From Candidatus Rifleibacteriota bacterium (lineage in GTDB: Bacteria; Muiribacteriota; Ozemobacteria; Ozemobacterales; Ozemobacteraceae): 64,000 nucleotides of DNA. The position numbers and the translations under genes were made by a program. This document shows positions 17,887 through 29,239 of this stretch, one piece after another (position 1 is the stretch's first letter; each line of letters begins with the position of its first letter). The stretch covers positions 66,264 to 130,263 of the forward strand of contig JADFZL010000018.1 of NCBI GenBank assembly GCA_015232575.1, read 5' to 3'. Under the pieces are notes generated by a model. It had not been told where the DNA came from and searched no databases. It saw only the letters and a program-made list of their open reading frames with translations.

Positions 17887-20800
17887 ATGAGTACCATTAC
17901 AGGACTAACAGCGGCGCAAATTGCCGCTTTGTCGACGAGCGAAATAAAAAACTTAACTACTGATGATTTTCAGGCGATGACCACCACACAGGTCAAAGCT
18001 TTGACTACCACGCAGATAAGTGCCATTGAGTCTGAAGATTTGGTTATTCTTAACACCAAGCAGATTCAGGCTCTTCAGACATACAATATCAGAGCCATGC
18101 TGGCAAGCCAAATCAGTTCTCTTACCACGACTCAGGTTAAAGCGCTTAATGCTAATCAGGTTAAAGCTTTTACGACTGATCACGTAGCCGCCCTCTCCAC
18201 AGATCAGACACAAGCTATAGATGCCAGCGATCTTGCTGGTATGACCACCGCCCAAATTGCTGCCCTTTCTTCTGATCAGACTTCCTCCCTGACCACTCAA
18301 CAGGTCAGAACTTTGAGATCTGACCAGTTTGCAACATTTAACACCTCCGAAATTTCTACTCTATCATCAGATCAAACAGCTGCCCTGACCGCTGCTCAGG
18401 TCAAAGCTCTTTCAACTGAACAACTAAATGCCATCCAAACTACTGATTTCGCTGCTCTTGCAACTTCGGTTATCAGTGGCTTGACAACAACGCAAACTGC
18501 CAGCCTTTCTACTGACCACCTGAAAGGACTAACGACGGCACAGACAAAATCATTAACCTCAAAACAATTAGCTGTATTGGCTTACAGCAAAATTTCCTCC
18601 TTTGATACAGAAGATCTTGCAGTGTTATCGGCAACACAAATTGCCGGTTTTACCACCACTCAAATTCAGCAGGGGTTTACCTCTGACCAGATTCGTTCCC
18701 TCAGCACCACCCAGATTAAAGCATTTTCTATTACTCAGGCAAAAGCACTGTCAACTGATCAGATAGATGCCATGTCCAGCGATCAGATTGGAGCTATTGA
18801 TGCAACAGATTTAGCTGGAATGTCTTCCTCTCAGGTGGCATCTTTTTCGACAGATCAGCTATCAGGTCTTACTACTGGTCAAGTGAAATCTTTAAGATCA
18901 GATCAGCTGCGTGCTCTTAGCTCAAACATTGCCGCACTCTCTTCTGATCAATTGTCTTCGTTAACTGCCAACCAAATAAAATACTTGACAACAGATCAGC
19001 TTTTCAATGATTTGTCAAGCGATCAGATTCAAAATTTTTCGTCAACCCAAATTGCTGCATTAACTACAGCTCAGATTTCCTCTGGACTAACTACAGACAC
19101 ATTGAAAGCTTTGACCACTTCTCAAATGAAAGCACTCGGGCCAACGCAATTCCAGAGTTTGTCCGGCAGCAAAATTGCCTTGTTTTCAAGTGATCAAATT
19201 GCCGCTATAGATGCCAGTGATCTTTCATCTCTTTCTACAACTCAGATTCAATCTCTAACATCTGATCAAACAGCGGCTTTGTCAACACAACAGCTCAAGG
19301 CTTTAAAAGCCGCTCAAATTGCAGTTTTTGCAACAGAAGACATTGCCGCACTATCTACTGATCAAGTTTCCTCTCTTACAGACGCTCAAATTGCCGGACT
19401 TACAAGCGATCAGATTAATTCCATGTCGTCTTCTCAAATTCAATCTCTCACCACAAGGCAAGTTGCCTCAATTGAGCTTTTAGACCTCGCCAAGATTACA
19501 ACTGATCAGTTCCAGAATTTTACGTCGTCCCAATTGTCAGCTTTGACCTCCAATCAGATTAAATCCCTCACCACAAGCCAGGTAGCTGTTATCGCTACAG
19601 ACGACATTCAACAACTTACCAATGCTCAAATTGCCGTTTTGACCACTTCGCAGATTAATAGTGGTTTAACAACCGATCAAATTGTTGCATTGACAACTTC
19701 TCAGATAAGAGCCCTTAACTCTACTCAGGTAAAGGCTTTAACAACTGACAATATTGCAAAACTATCTACCGATCAGATTGTAGCTCTTGATGCTATTGAT
19801 ATTTCTGCGCTTTCAACTACACAGATTGCAAAATTATCCAGTGATCAAACCGCTTCTTTGACCACGGTTCAAATTAGATCTCTCAAATCTGAACAGGTAA
19901 GAAATTTCGGTACTGAAGACATTAATGCATTATCATCTGATCAGCTCAGAACGCTCTCTGCTGACCAAATAAAAGCGCTTACAACAGATCAACTGAAGTC
20001 TGGATTGTCAGCTTCAAATTTTGCAACCCTAACAACTGCTCAGATTGCTGCTTTGTCAACAGGACAAATACAATCCGGTCTAACAACTGACCAGATTACC
20101 GCCTTAACTACTTCCCAAGCGGCATCATTAACTGCTGCTCAAATCCGGAGTTTTTCAGATTCAAACATATCACTTTTTTCATCAGATCAAGCAAAATCCC
20201 TTCAGGCATCAACTATTGCAGCAATGTCAACATCACAACTTGCATCTTTTTCAACAGATGAAATCTCCGCCTTGACAGTGCAACAGTTAAAAGCACTAAA
20301 ATCTGAACAGATGCAAGCCTTTGGTACTGATGATATAAAAGCTTTTTCAACAGACCAAATCCAGGCACTAAGTGCAACCCAAATAAAAGCATTTTCCACT
20401 GATCAGTTAGTCAGTCTTAAAACTGATCAAGTTGCAGCTATGACAGGAGCTCAAATTGCTGCTATCACAACTTCAACCCTGAACTCTCTCTCAGACACCC
20501 AGATTGATGCTCTTACTACAAATCAAATGAAGTACCTCTCGATTGCACAACTTAAAGCCCTTACCACAGATCAGATAGCAGCTATCAACAGTTCTGATTT
20601 CCAAATTCTTTCTGGAACACAGCTAGCTGCATTCTCTTCATCGCAGATTAACCAAGGTTTTACCACTGAACAAATGGCTTCACTTACTACAACGCAACTA
20701 AGGGCTCTTAATTCTACTCAACTTAGAGCAATGACAACTGAAAACGTTGCCGCTCTATCATCTGATCAGGTTTCATATATTGCCGCTACTGGGATATCTG

Positions 20801-23800
20801 GTTTGACAACCGATCAAATTAGAGCTTTCTCTACTTCACAGGTTTCTGCGTTTACAACCATGCAGATAAAGATGCTGAACGCCACTCAAATTCAGTCCCT
20901 TGGAACTGATGATGTTCGTGCACTGAGTACAAACCTGGTTTCAGCACTTTCAGCTACCCAGATAAAAGCATTGGGAACATCACAGATAAAAGATGGTTTT
21001 ACCACAGATCATATTGTTTCTCTAACTACTACTCAAGTTGCAGCATTTACAACAAGTCAGGTGAATTCAGGTCTTACAACAACACAGCTTCAGAATATGA
21101 CTACCGACCAGATTAAATCTCTCGCTGCAACCCAGGTCAAAGCTATTACCACTGATGGCATAAAAGCTTTGACGACAGCCCAGGTAAAGGAAATTCAGGT
21201 TGCTGCTATTGCCAGCCTCACTACCGATCAAACGGCTATTTTGTCTACTGACCAGACTGCAAATCTGACTTTGTCACAAGTCAGGTCTCTGAGAAGCGAT
21301 CAAATTCAAGTAATGGGCACGGATGACATTCGCGCAATGTCAACTGATCAAATTTCTTCTTTATCTGCATCTCAGATAAAAGCGCTTACAACAGATCAAA
21401 CTGCATCTATGAAAACTGATCAGGTCGCAGTTCTTGGATCAACTCAATTGGCAGCATTTGAAACTACCGATCTAGCTAAATTTACAACTGATCAGATAGT
21501 AGCACTTTCGACCAGCCAAGTAAAAGCGTTTTCTGCTGCACAGATTGCAGCAATTACAACAACACAGCTTTCAGCCATGGAAACTGATGATTTAGCAGCA
21601 CTAACAACCACTCAAGTTTCAGCACTTACAACTGCTCAATTATCCAGTGGCCTTTCAACTGATCAATTGAAAGTGATGACAACAAGCCAGCTAAGAGCTC
21701 TTACAACCAGTCAGATTTCCGCCTTTTCTACCGACGACATTAAGGTTCTGTCAACCAATCAAATCAGTTCCTTCAACACTTCTGCAATTTCGTCCTTCTC
21801 TACCGACCAGATAGCTGTTCTGACAACCGATCACGTTAAAGCATTGACAACAGCCCAGTTGGCTTCTCTGAAAACAAGCCAGATTCGTGCACTTGATGCC
21901 GCTGACGTGGGCATTCTTAACTCTTCACAAATTTCAACTTTGAACGCATCTCAATTACGTGCTCTCACGACATCTCAAATTAAAAACGGTCTAACTACAG
22001 ATCAGATTGGTTCCTTGTCAACAACTCAAATTGCTGCATTAAATACCGAACAGATTAGATCAGGGTTAACTACTGATCATGTCAAACAACTTACAACAAC
22101 ACAATTATATGCCTTTTCTGCCGCCAACCTTGGGTCGCTGACCACTGATGCAATTAAAGTTCTCTCTACAAACCAAATGCTGGGGTTACACGCCAATTCA
22201 ATAAGCGGTCTCAGTACAGATCAGATAGCCATAATGAATACCGATCAAACCTCTACACTCACTTCTGTTCAGCTTCGCGCACTTACTACATCACAGATTG
22301 AGTCTTTCGGAACAGATGACATTAGGGGTTTTTCATCTAATCAATTAAATTCTCTTACCGCAACACAAATCAAAGCATTGACAACATCACAAATCAACAA
22401 CGGTTTATCTACAACTCAGTTTCAGAACCTTTCTCAGAATCAGATTGCTGCTTTTACTACATCTCAGGTGAAGGAAGGTTTGACGACTGATCAGGTTGTT
22501 GCCTTTACAACAAACCAAATATCTTCTTTGACAACTGCCCATATTTCGGCTATGGGAACTGATCAAATTAAAGCTTTTGAAACAACCGATCTTGCACTTT
22601 TCAATACCAGACAGATTGGTTCGTTAACTACAGCTCAAGTTCGCCAGGGATTAAATACAGATCAGATTTCAGTGCTTTCGACTGCCCAGATAACCGCACT
22701 TTCGACAAATGCAGTTTCAAGTTTAACAACTGATCAAATTGCAGCAATTGGCACAGGAAACCTTGCAGCACTTACAACTTCACAGATCAGAGCAATGACA
22801 ACTGACCAAGTGAAAAGTTTGAATTCAAACTCAGTTGTCGCAATGACTTCCAACCAGCTTAGAGCAATGACTACAAATCAAATACAGTCATTCACTACCG
22901 ATCAAGTTCAGCAACTTGGTACTTCTGGAATATCCTCTTTGACCTCGGTTCAGATTTCCGCTCTTACAACTGACCAGGTTAAAAATGGCTTAACTACAAA
23001 CCAGATTGAATCTATGAATACCGCTCAAATTCATTCAATGACCACTGCTCATATCAATGCAATGACTACTAACCAGGTCGCTGCAATTGAGACCGTTGAT
23101 CTTGCCGCAATGTCAACCGATCAAATACGTTCCATGACGACTGATCATATTCGCACAGGTCTTACAAACGCTCAGATGTCTTCTATTTCTACCGCTCAGT
23201 TCAGCTCTCTCTCTACCGATCAGATTCGTGCATTCTCTACAAGTCAGGTTGCTAACACTGGCACAAGAAATATTGCTGCAATGACTACAACTCAGGTGAC
23301 TGCACTTACAACCGATCAGGTTAAAAATGGACTTACATCCGCCCAGCTTAATACACTTACTTCAAATCAAATCAGGGCTCTCAGCACTGACAGTGTAGCG
23401 GCTCTCAGCGGCAGTCAACTTTCTGACCTTAATACCAGCAGTTTTGCAGCTATGAGTACTGTGCAGATTTCATCGCTGAATACAGATCAGATACAGAATC
23501 TTGGAAGTAACCACCTCGCTGCAATGACTACGACACACTTTTCGGCCCTTACAACCGATCAAATAAGGGCAATTACACCGGACAATGTTGCTGTAATAGG
23601 TACTTCAAAAATTCAAACATTGTCTACTACACAAGTTCAAGCCCTTACTACCAACCAGATACCTTCTATGACAACTGCTCAGATTGTCTCGTTGTCCACC
23701 AGTCAGCTGTCTTCAATGAAGACAGACCAGATTGCTGCAATTGAAAACGAAGATCTTATAAAATTGACCACAGCTCAAATAGCAGCTCTTACAACAGATC

Positions 23801-26800
23801 AAGTATCTAAAGGCTTGAAAAATGATCAGATAGTTGCTTTGACCACTGATCAGGCTAAAGTTTTGACAACAGCTCAGATTGCATCTCTTACAACATCTCA
23901 ATTAGCAGTGCTGGAGACCGTTGACTTAGCTTCGCTTTCTACTACTCAAATTCAGGCATTTTCTACAGAACAGGTAAGAAACGGCTTAACTGAAGATCAG
24001 ATTGCTGCCTTCTCTTCAAATCAAATAAGAGCTTTGTCCACAGTTAACCTGCAAGCTCTAAAGACTACCAGTGTTGCTGCAATACAAACTTCTGACTTTC
24101 AGGCAATGACTACCAGCCAGATAGCAGCGTTCACTACTGACCAGGTTGCAAGCGGTATCACCGTGGATCAGATAAAAGCTTTGTCAACCACTCAAATTAC
24201 TGCGCTTACATCAAATCAAATAACGGCAATGAGAAATGACCAGTTAAATGCCATTGAAACTGACGACTTCGCAAAACTCTCTACTTCTCAAGTAACATAT
24301 ATCACTACTTCTCAGATTAGAGACGCTCTTTCCTCGAGTCAATTGCAGGTTATGTCTTCGACTCAACTTAAGGCACTTACAACAGACCAGATTAAAGCAT
24401 TCTCTGCTGATCAGTTGAAACTGTTATCCACAAGTCAACTGGTTGAATTGTCAACCTCTCAGATAGAATCAGTAGAAACTGCAGATCTTGCAGCACTTAC
24501 TACTGATCAGATCAAATACATGGCTTCTAACCAACTCAGAGCACTTACTACAGATCAAGTTCGTTCGTTAACAGTTGATCAAATCAAAAATATTACAACA
24601 GACAAGCTTGCATCGCTAACGACCAATCAGATCAAAGTTCTCACTCAAGATCAAATAAAAGATGGACTCACCACCAACCAGATTGTTGCCCTCTCTACAA
24701 ACCAATTCAGAGCTTTAACAACTGATCAAGTCGGCTATCTGTCGGTTACTCAGGTAAGCAAAATCGAAAATGCCGATTTGGCTGCATTAACAACCGATCA
24801 GATAAAAGCCATGACAGAAGAACAGATTCGAGATGGAATTACAACTGATCAGGTATCTTCCATTACTACTTCGCAGATTTCTGCAATAGATACCAGTGAT
24901 CTTGCTGCAATGAAAACCACTCAGATTGTTGCATTAACTACCTCTCAGACCGCAGCTCTGTCTACTAATCAAATCAGGGCTCTTACTGCCGAGCAGATAA
25001 GCAAAATTGAAACCTCCGACCTAGCTGCAATGACCACATCTCAAATTAGTAATCTTAAAACTTCTCAAATCAATGAAGGCTTTACAACAGATCAGATCAG
25101 GTCTTTGACAACTTCTCAGTTCCAGGCACTCTCAACGGATCAGATTCCGTCGCTAACGGTTACTCAAGTCGCAGCAATTAAAACATCAGACTTGGCATCT
25201 CTTACAACAGTTCAAATTCAGGCATTGACTCCAGATCAGATTCAAGCATTAACAACCGACCAGATTACTGCCCTCACTTCCAATCAGTTGCCCAAAATCG
25301 AAACATCTGACCTGGCGTCATTAACAACCAGTCAAATTAAATCATTGACCACTACCCAGATGAGATATTTCACTACAGATCAAGTCAAAGCGTTTACACC
25401 TGACCAATTAAGAGCTATTGAAACTGATGATCTGAACGCAATGACTACCACTCAGATTGAGGCTCTTTCAACAACACAAGTCGTAGACGGTCTGTCAACA
25501 AGCCAGGTTAACACACTCTCTTCTACACTCCTGAAAGCGCTGACAACAGATCAGGTTGCTGCAATGACAAACGAACAGATTGCAAAAATTTCCACATCAA
25601 ATCTTTCTGCAATGCTGACAACACAAATTAAAGCTCTAAATGCAGATCAAACAGCCAGCCTTACCACAGATCAAGTTAAAGTGCTGACATCAAATCAGCT
25701 CGCAGCTATTGAAACAGCCGACATCTCCGGACTTTCGACATCTCATATCAAAATCCTGAGCACTTCACAGATAAAAGCCTTTACAACAGACCAAGTCAAA
25801 GCGTTTTCAGCTGATCAGTTAAGAGCTATTGAAACTGATGATTTGAACGCAATGACTACCACACAGCTTGAGGCTCTTTCAACAACGCAAGTCGTTGACG
25901 GTCTGTCAACAAGTCAAGTCAACGCACTTTCGTCTACACTCCTTAAAGCCTTGACAACAGATCAGGTTTCTGCAATGACAAACGAACAGATTGCAAAAAT
26001 TTCCACATCAAATCTTTCTGAAATGCTGACAACACAAATTAAAGCTCTAAGCGCAGATCAAACAGCCAGCCTTACGACAGATCAAGTTAAAGTGCTTACA
26101 TCAAATCAACTTGCTGCTATTGATACAGGTGATATCTCTGGACTTTCAACGTCTCATATCAGAATCCTGAGCACTTCACAGATAAAAGCCTTTACAACAG
26201 ATCAGGTCAAAGTGTTTTCTGCTGATCAATTAAGAGCTATTGAAACTGATGATTTGAACTCAATGACAACTAGCCAGATTGTAGCACTTTCAACATCACA
26301 AGTTGTTGACGGTTTCTCGACACATCAGATAAATTCATTGTCCTCAACTATCCTGAGAGCATTTACTACAGACCAGGTTGCTGCTCTGACAGATTCTCAG
26401 ATTGTAAAGGTTTCTGTAGCAAATATTTCTACAATGTTGACAACCCAAATCGAAGCTTTAACTCCAGATCAAGCTGCAAAACTTACCACTGACCAAATTC
26501 AGGCTCTGACATCTTACCAAATTGCAGCTATTGAAACTGCCGATATCGCTGCATTGACGACATCACAAATCAAATCATTGACATCATCTCAGGTAGCCTC
26601 TCTCGAAACAGAACAAATTGCTGCTTTGAGCGACTCTCAGCTTGCCGCTATTGAAACAGATGACATTTCGGCTCTTGATGTATCACAAATAGCAGCACTT
26701 ACGAGTGATCAATCACCGTATTTGACTACCTCTCAACTGGGGGTAATGACTTCCAACCAGATCAGAGCAATTGAAACAGATGATCTGGCAGTAATGACTT

Positions 26801-29190
26801 CTAATCAAATCAGGGCACTTTCTACTTCCCAGGTATCTTCTCTGACAACAAATCAAATTGCTGCTCTTACCGCTGATCAATTTGTCAGCATGAAAACAGA
26901 TCAGATACAATCACTTACTCCTAATCAGCTTGCTGCAATTCAGACGTCTGATCTTGCAGCTCTTTCTTCAAATCAGCTCAGAGCGATAACTACTACAAAT
27001 ATACGCTCATTGACAACTGACCAGATAGTTGGTCTGACAAATGATCAATTCTCAACCTTGACAACAGATCAGATTGCTGCGCTCACGACAACGCAGGTTG
27101 CAGCTATTCAATCTACTGATTTGCAAGCCCTCACAACAAATCAGATTAAGGCATTTACTTCTAATCAGATCAGAGCATTGTCAACTGACCAGGTAACCAA
27201 GCTGTCTGAATCCCAAGTCGCAGCAATGGAAACTGACGATGTTGCAGCAATGTTGACGTCACAAATTCAAGTTCTCAACACTACTCAGTTCACATCGCTG
27301 ACAACTGATCAAATAGCTGCCATGACAACCAGTCAAATTGAAGCAATTGAGACTGATGATCTGGCATCACTTGACGTAGACAGAATTCAGGCTCTAACTA
27401 CCGCTCAGGTGAGGGCATTGTCTACAGAACAAATGAGTTCACTTACAGTAACGCAGATTCCTGCAATTGCAGCAGATGACTTGGCAGCGTTAACAACAAC
27501 TCAGATTAATACAATAAAAACAGCCAACTTCAATAATATTACCAACACTCAAATTCAAGCACTGAATACAAATCAATTAAAATATCTGGCAACAGACAAA
27601 CTTGTTACATTATCAGCCAGTCAGATTGGTTCTATTAAAACTGATTCCATTTCAGCTCTCACTAGCGATCAAATTAAATCGCTCACTGCGACTCAGTTCG
27701 CCGGAATAACAACCAGTCAGATTGCACAAATGACAACCGCTCAAGTTGCTGCTATTGAAACTGATGATTTGATAGTTCTTGGAAGTGAACACATCAAAGC
27801 AATGAATTCTTCGCAGATAAAAGCTTTGACAAGCAATCAAATAGCTGCTTTGACAACAACTCAGATAACTGGTATTGAAACTGATGATTTGATTGTATTG
27901 ACTTCCACACAGATTGGTGCCTTTACCACAGATCAAATTGAAGCACTTAGTACAAAGCAAGTTGAAGCGTTGACCAGTGCACAGATAGCTGCAATAGAAG
28001 TTGCTGATCTGCAGACATTCTCTTCATCTCAATTAAGAGCACTTACAAGTGATCAAATCCAATGGTTGACTACCTCTCAGGTAACCGAACTTACAACTGA
28101 TAATCAAATTCCGTTCTTGAAAACAGATCAGATAGCGGCACTTGAAACACGTGATCTTGTTAAACTAACAGCGTCACAAATTGCATCCTTTACCACTGAT
28201 CAAATTCGCGCATTGTCCACCAGTCAAATCAGCGTTCTCACAACAGACCAGATCAGGGCTATTGAGACATCTGATCTTGAAGCATTGACTACAGATCAAA
28301 TTCAAGCTTTGACCTCAACTCAATTCCAGGCACTGACAACAGATTCTCAAATACCAGCACTAACAACTGATCAGATAAGGGCTATCGAGATATCAGATCT
28401 AGTTAAGCTTACGACCAGTCAGGTCAGAGCTATGACTACCAGCCAGATCAGTAAGTTAACAACCAGTCAGTTGACCTCACTTACCACAACTCAGACCGCT
28501 GCAATAGGAACCGATGACATTGCAGCAATGACCACCGAACAAATCAACAAGTTGACAACCAATCAGATCAGATCGCTTTCAAATGCACAAATTGCAGCTC
28601 TGACTTCAGATACCCAGCTAAACGCACTTACTACCGATCAGATAATAGCTCTCACTACTTCACAGATTCAAGCATTCACTACTGATAAACAAATTCCTGC
28701 ACTTTCAACGACTCTGCTTGCAGCTATTGAAACAGCAGATCTCGTTAAAATGACCACTAATCAGATTGCTGCTCTCACAACAGATCAGATTTCACATCTT
28801 ACTCCAACACAAGTCAGCAAACTTACGACTGATCAAATAGTGGCTATTGAAACTGATGACCTGGTGCAAATGACGACCAATCAAATTCAGGCGCTTGGAA
28901 CAACTCAGGTCCTGGCATTAAATACTAATCAAATTTCCTCGTTGACTACCGATCAGGTTGTTGGCCTTACTACAAATCAATTCAGAAATATGAGCACCGA
29001 TCAACTAGTCGCCTTAACGACGGATAGTCAGGTACCTGCAATTGCAACTGAAGATCTTGTAGCTCTTACAACAACACAATTGCAATCGTTAACCACCGAC
29101 CAGATTTATGCTCTAACTGATGATCAGGTAGCAGCAATAAATACCGATCAATTAACCGGACCTCAACAGGCGGCATTATTACTGCCTTAA
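17887..29190 (+). CDS. Giant Ser/Thr/Gln/Ala-rich octad-repeat protein (3767 aa), function unknown
   Basis: An uninterrupted 11.3-kb ORF with a G-rich SD (AAGGGGG) and a downstream terminator. It is built almost wholly of hydrophobic-[ST]-x-x-Q-hydrophobic-x-x units (e.g. LTTDQIAA), and the repeats vary synonymously at the DNA level. Confidence 0.93.
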   Translation: MSTITGLTAAQIAALSTSEIKNLTTDDFQAMTTTQVKALTTTQISAIESEDLVILNTKQIQALQTYNIRAMLASQISSLTTTQVKALNANQVKAFTTDHVAALSTDQTQAIDASDLAGMTTAQIAALSSDQTSSLTTQQVRTLRSDQFATFNTSEISTLSSDQTAALTAAQVKALSTEQLNAIQTTDFAALATSVISGLTTTQTASLSTDHLKGLTTAQTKSLTSKQLAVLAYSKISSFDTEDLAVLSATQIAGFTTTQIQQGFTSDQIRSLSTTQIKAFSITQAKALSTDQIDAMSSDQIGAIDATDLAGMSSSQVASFSTDQLSGLTTGQVKSLRSDQLRALSSNIAALSSDQLSSLTANQIKYLTTDQLFNDLSSDQIQNFSSTQIAALTTAQISSGLTTDTLKALTTSQMKALGPTQFQSLSGSKIALFSSDQIAAIDASDLSSLSTTQIQSLTSDQTAALSTQQLKALKAAQIAVFATEDIAALSTDQVSSLTDAQIAGLTSDQINSMSSSQIQSLTTRQVASIELLDLAKITTDQFQNFTSSQLSALTSNQIKSLTTSQVAVIATDDIQQLTNAQIAVLTTSQINSGLTTDQIVALTTSQIRALNSTQVKALTTDNIAKLSTDQIVALDAIDISALSTTQIAKLSSDQTASLTTVQIRSLKSEQVRNFGTEDINALSSDQLRTLSADQIKALTTDQLKSGLSASNFATLTTAQIAALSTGQIQSGLTTDQITALTTSQAASLTAAQIRSFSDSNISLFSSDQAKSLQASTIAAMSTSQLASFSTDEISALTVQQLKALKSEQMQAFGTDDIKAFSTDQIQALSATQIKAFSTDQLVSLKTDQVAAMTGAQIAAITTSTLNSLSDTQIDALTTNQMKYLSIAQLKALTTDQIAAINSSDFQILSGTQLAAFSSSQINQGFTTEQMASLTTTQLRALNSTQLRAMTTENVAALSSDQVSYIAATGISGLTTDQIRAFSTSQVSAFTTMQIKMLNATQIQSLGTDDVRALSTNLVSALSATQIKALGTSQIKDGFTTDHIVSLTTTQVAAFTTSQVNSGLTTTQLQNMTTDQIKSLAATQVKAITTDGIKALTTAQVKEIQVAAIASLTTDQTAILSTDQTANLTLSQVRSLRSDQIQVMGTDDIRAMSTDQISSLSASQIKALTTDQTASMKTDQVAVLGSTQLAAFETTDLAKFTTDQIVALSTSQVKAFSAAQIAAITTTQLSAMETDDLAALTTTQVSALTTAQLSSGLSTDQLKVMTTSQLRALTTSQISAFSTDDIKVLSTNQISSFNTSAISSFSTDQIAVLTTDHVKALTTAQLASLKTSQIRALDAADVGILNSSQISTLNASQLRALTTSQIKNGLTTDQIGSLSTTQIAALNTEQIRSGLTTDHVKQLTTTQLYAFSAANLGSLTTDAIKVLSTNQMLGLHANSISGLSTDQIAIMNTDQTSTLTSVQLRALTTSQIESFGTDDIRGFSSNQLNSLTATQIKALTTSQINNGLSTTQFQNLSQNQIAAFTTSQVKEGLTTDQVVAFTTNQISSLTTAHISAMGTDQIKAFETTDLALFNTRQIGSLTTAQVRQGLNTDQISVLSTAQITALSTNAVSSLTTDQIAAIGTGNLAALTTSQIRAMTTDQVKSLNSNSVVAMTSNQLRAMTTNQIQSFTTDQVQQLGTSGISSLTSVQISALTTDQVKNGLTTNQIESMNTAQIHSMTTAHINAMTTNQVAAIETVDLAAMSTDQIRSMTTDHIRTGLTNAQMSSISTAQFSSLSTDQIRAFSTSQVANTGTRNIAAMTTTQVTALTTDQVKNGLTSAQLNTLTSNQIRALSTDSVAALSGSQLSDLNTSSFAAMSTVQISSLNTDQIQNLGSNHLAAMTTTHFSALTTDQIRAITPDNVAVIGTSKIQTLSTTQVQALTTNQIPSMTTAQIVSLSTSQLSSMKTDQIAAIENEDLIKLTTAQIAALTTDQVSKGLKNDQIVALTTDQAKVLTTAQIASLTTSQLAVLETVDLASLSTTQIQAFSTEQVRNGLTEDQIAAFSSNQIRALSTVNLQALKTTSVAAIQTSDFQAMTTSQIAAFTTDQVASGITVDQIKALSTTQITALTSNQITAMRNDQLNAIETDDFAKLSTSQVTYITTSQIRDALSSSQLQVMSSTQLKALTTDQIKAFSADQLKLLSTSQLVELSTSQIESVETADLAALTTDQIKYMASNQLRALTTDQVRSLTVDQIKNITTDKLASLTTNQIKVLTQDQIKDGLTTNQIVALSTNQFRALTTDQVGYLSVTQVSKIENADLAALTTDQIKAMTEEQIRDGITTDQVSSITTSQISAIDTSDLAAMKTTQIVALTTSQTAALSTNQIRALTAEQISKIETSDLAAMTTSQISNLKTSQINEGFTTDQIRSLTTSQFQALSTDQIPSLTVTQVAAIKTSDLASLTTVQIQALTPDQIQALTTDQITALTSNQLPKIETSDLASLTTSQIKSLTTTQMRYFTTDQVKAFTPDQLRAIETDDLNAMTTTQIEALSTTQVVDGLSTSQVNTLSSTLLKALTTDQVAAMTNEQIAKISTSNLSAMLTTQIKALNADQTASLTTDQVKVLTSNQLAAIETADISGLSTSHIKILSTSQIKAFTTDQVKAFSADQLRAIETDDLNAMTTTQLEALSTTQVVDGLSTSQVNALSSTLLKALTTDQVSAMTNEQIAKISTSNLSEMLTTQIKALSADQTASLTTDQVKVLTSNQLAAIDTGDISGLSTSHIRILSTSQIKAFTTDQVKVFSADQLRAIETDDLNSMTTSQIVALSTSQVVDGFSTHQINSLSSTILRAFTTDQVAALTDSQIVKVSVANISTMLTTQIEALTPDQAAKLTTDQIQALTSYQIAAIETADIAALTTSQIKSLTSSQVASLETEQIAALSDSQLAAIETDDISALDVSQIAALTSDQSPYLTTSQLGVMTSNQIRAIETDDLAVMTSNQIRALSTSQVSSLTTNQIAALTADQFVSMKTDQIQSLTPNQLAAIQTSDLAALSSNQLRAITTTNIRSLTTDQIVGLTNDQFSTLTTDQIAALTTTQVAAIQSTDLQALTTNQIKAFTSNQIRALSTDQVTKLSESQVAAMETDDVAAMLTSQIQVLNTTQFTSLTTDQIAAMTTSQIEAIETDDLASLDVDRIQALTTAQVRALSTEQMSSLTVTQIPAIAADDLAALTTTQINTIKTANFNNITNTQIQALNTNQLKYLATDKLVTLSASQIGSIKTDSISALTSDQIKSLTATQFAGITTSQIAQMTTAQVAAIETDDLIVLGSEHIKAMNSSQIKALTSNQIAALTTTQITGIETDDLIVLTSTQIGAFTTDQIEALSTKQVEALTSAQIAAIEVADLQTFSSSQLRALTSDQIQWLTTSQVTELTTDNQIPFLKTDQIAALETRDLVKLTASQIASFTTDQIRALSTSQISVLTTDQIRAIETSDLEALTTDQIQALTSTQFQALTTDSQIPALTTDQIRAIEISDLVKLTTSQVRAMTTSQISKLTTSQLTSLTTTQTAAIGTDDIAAMTTEQINKLTTNQIRSLSNAQIAALTSDTQLNALTTDQIIALTTSQIQAFTTDKQIPALSTTLLAAIETADLVKMTTNQIAALTTDQISHLTPTQVSKLTTDQIVAIETDDLVQMTTNQIQALGTTQVLALNTNQISSLTTDQVVGLTTNQFRNMSTDQLVALTTDSQVPAIATEDLVALTTTQLQSLTTDQIYALTDDQVAAINTDQLTGPQQAALLLP
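25369..26601 (+). repeat. Three tandem 411-bp (137-aa) higher-order repeats inside the giant gene
   Basis: Units begin FTTDQVK at 25369, 25780 and 26191. Copies 1 and 2 are nearly identical in protein; copy 3 is more diverged. Confidence 0.9.
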
Positions 29191-29198
29191 AAAATTCT

Positions 29199-29239
29199 AA
29201 AAACAAAGCTTCAACTTAAAAGTTGAAGCTTTGTTTTTT
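29199..29239 (+). terminator. Rho-independent terminator after the giant repeat gene
   Basis: AAAAACAAAGCTTCAACTT-AA-AAGTTGAAGCTTTGTTTTTT is a perfect hairpin ending in a T-run. Confidence 0.8.

Noticed and set aside
17953-27960. Short antisense ORFs within the giant gene (e.g. 17953..18300, 27652..27960)
   Set aside because: They are shadows of the repetitive sense-strand codon pattern.
17887-29190. Giant repeat region as a CRISPR array, ice-nucleation protein or pentapeptide-repeat protein
   Set aside because: The repeats are conserved at protein rather than DNA level and have no repeat-spacer structure. The octad lacks the AGYGSTxT ice-nucleation consensus and does not have 5-residue periodicity.
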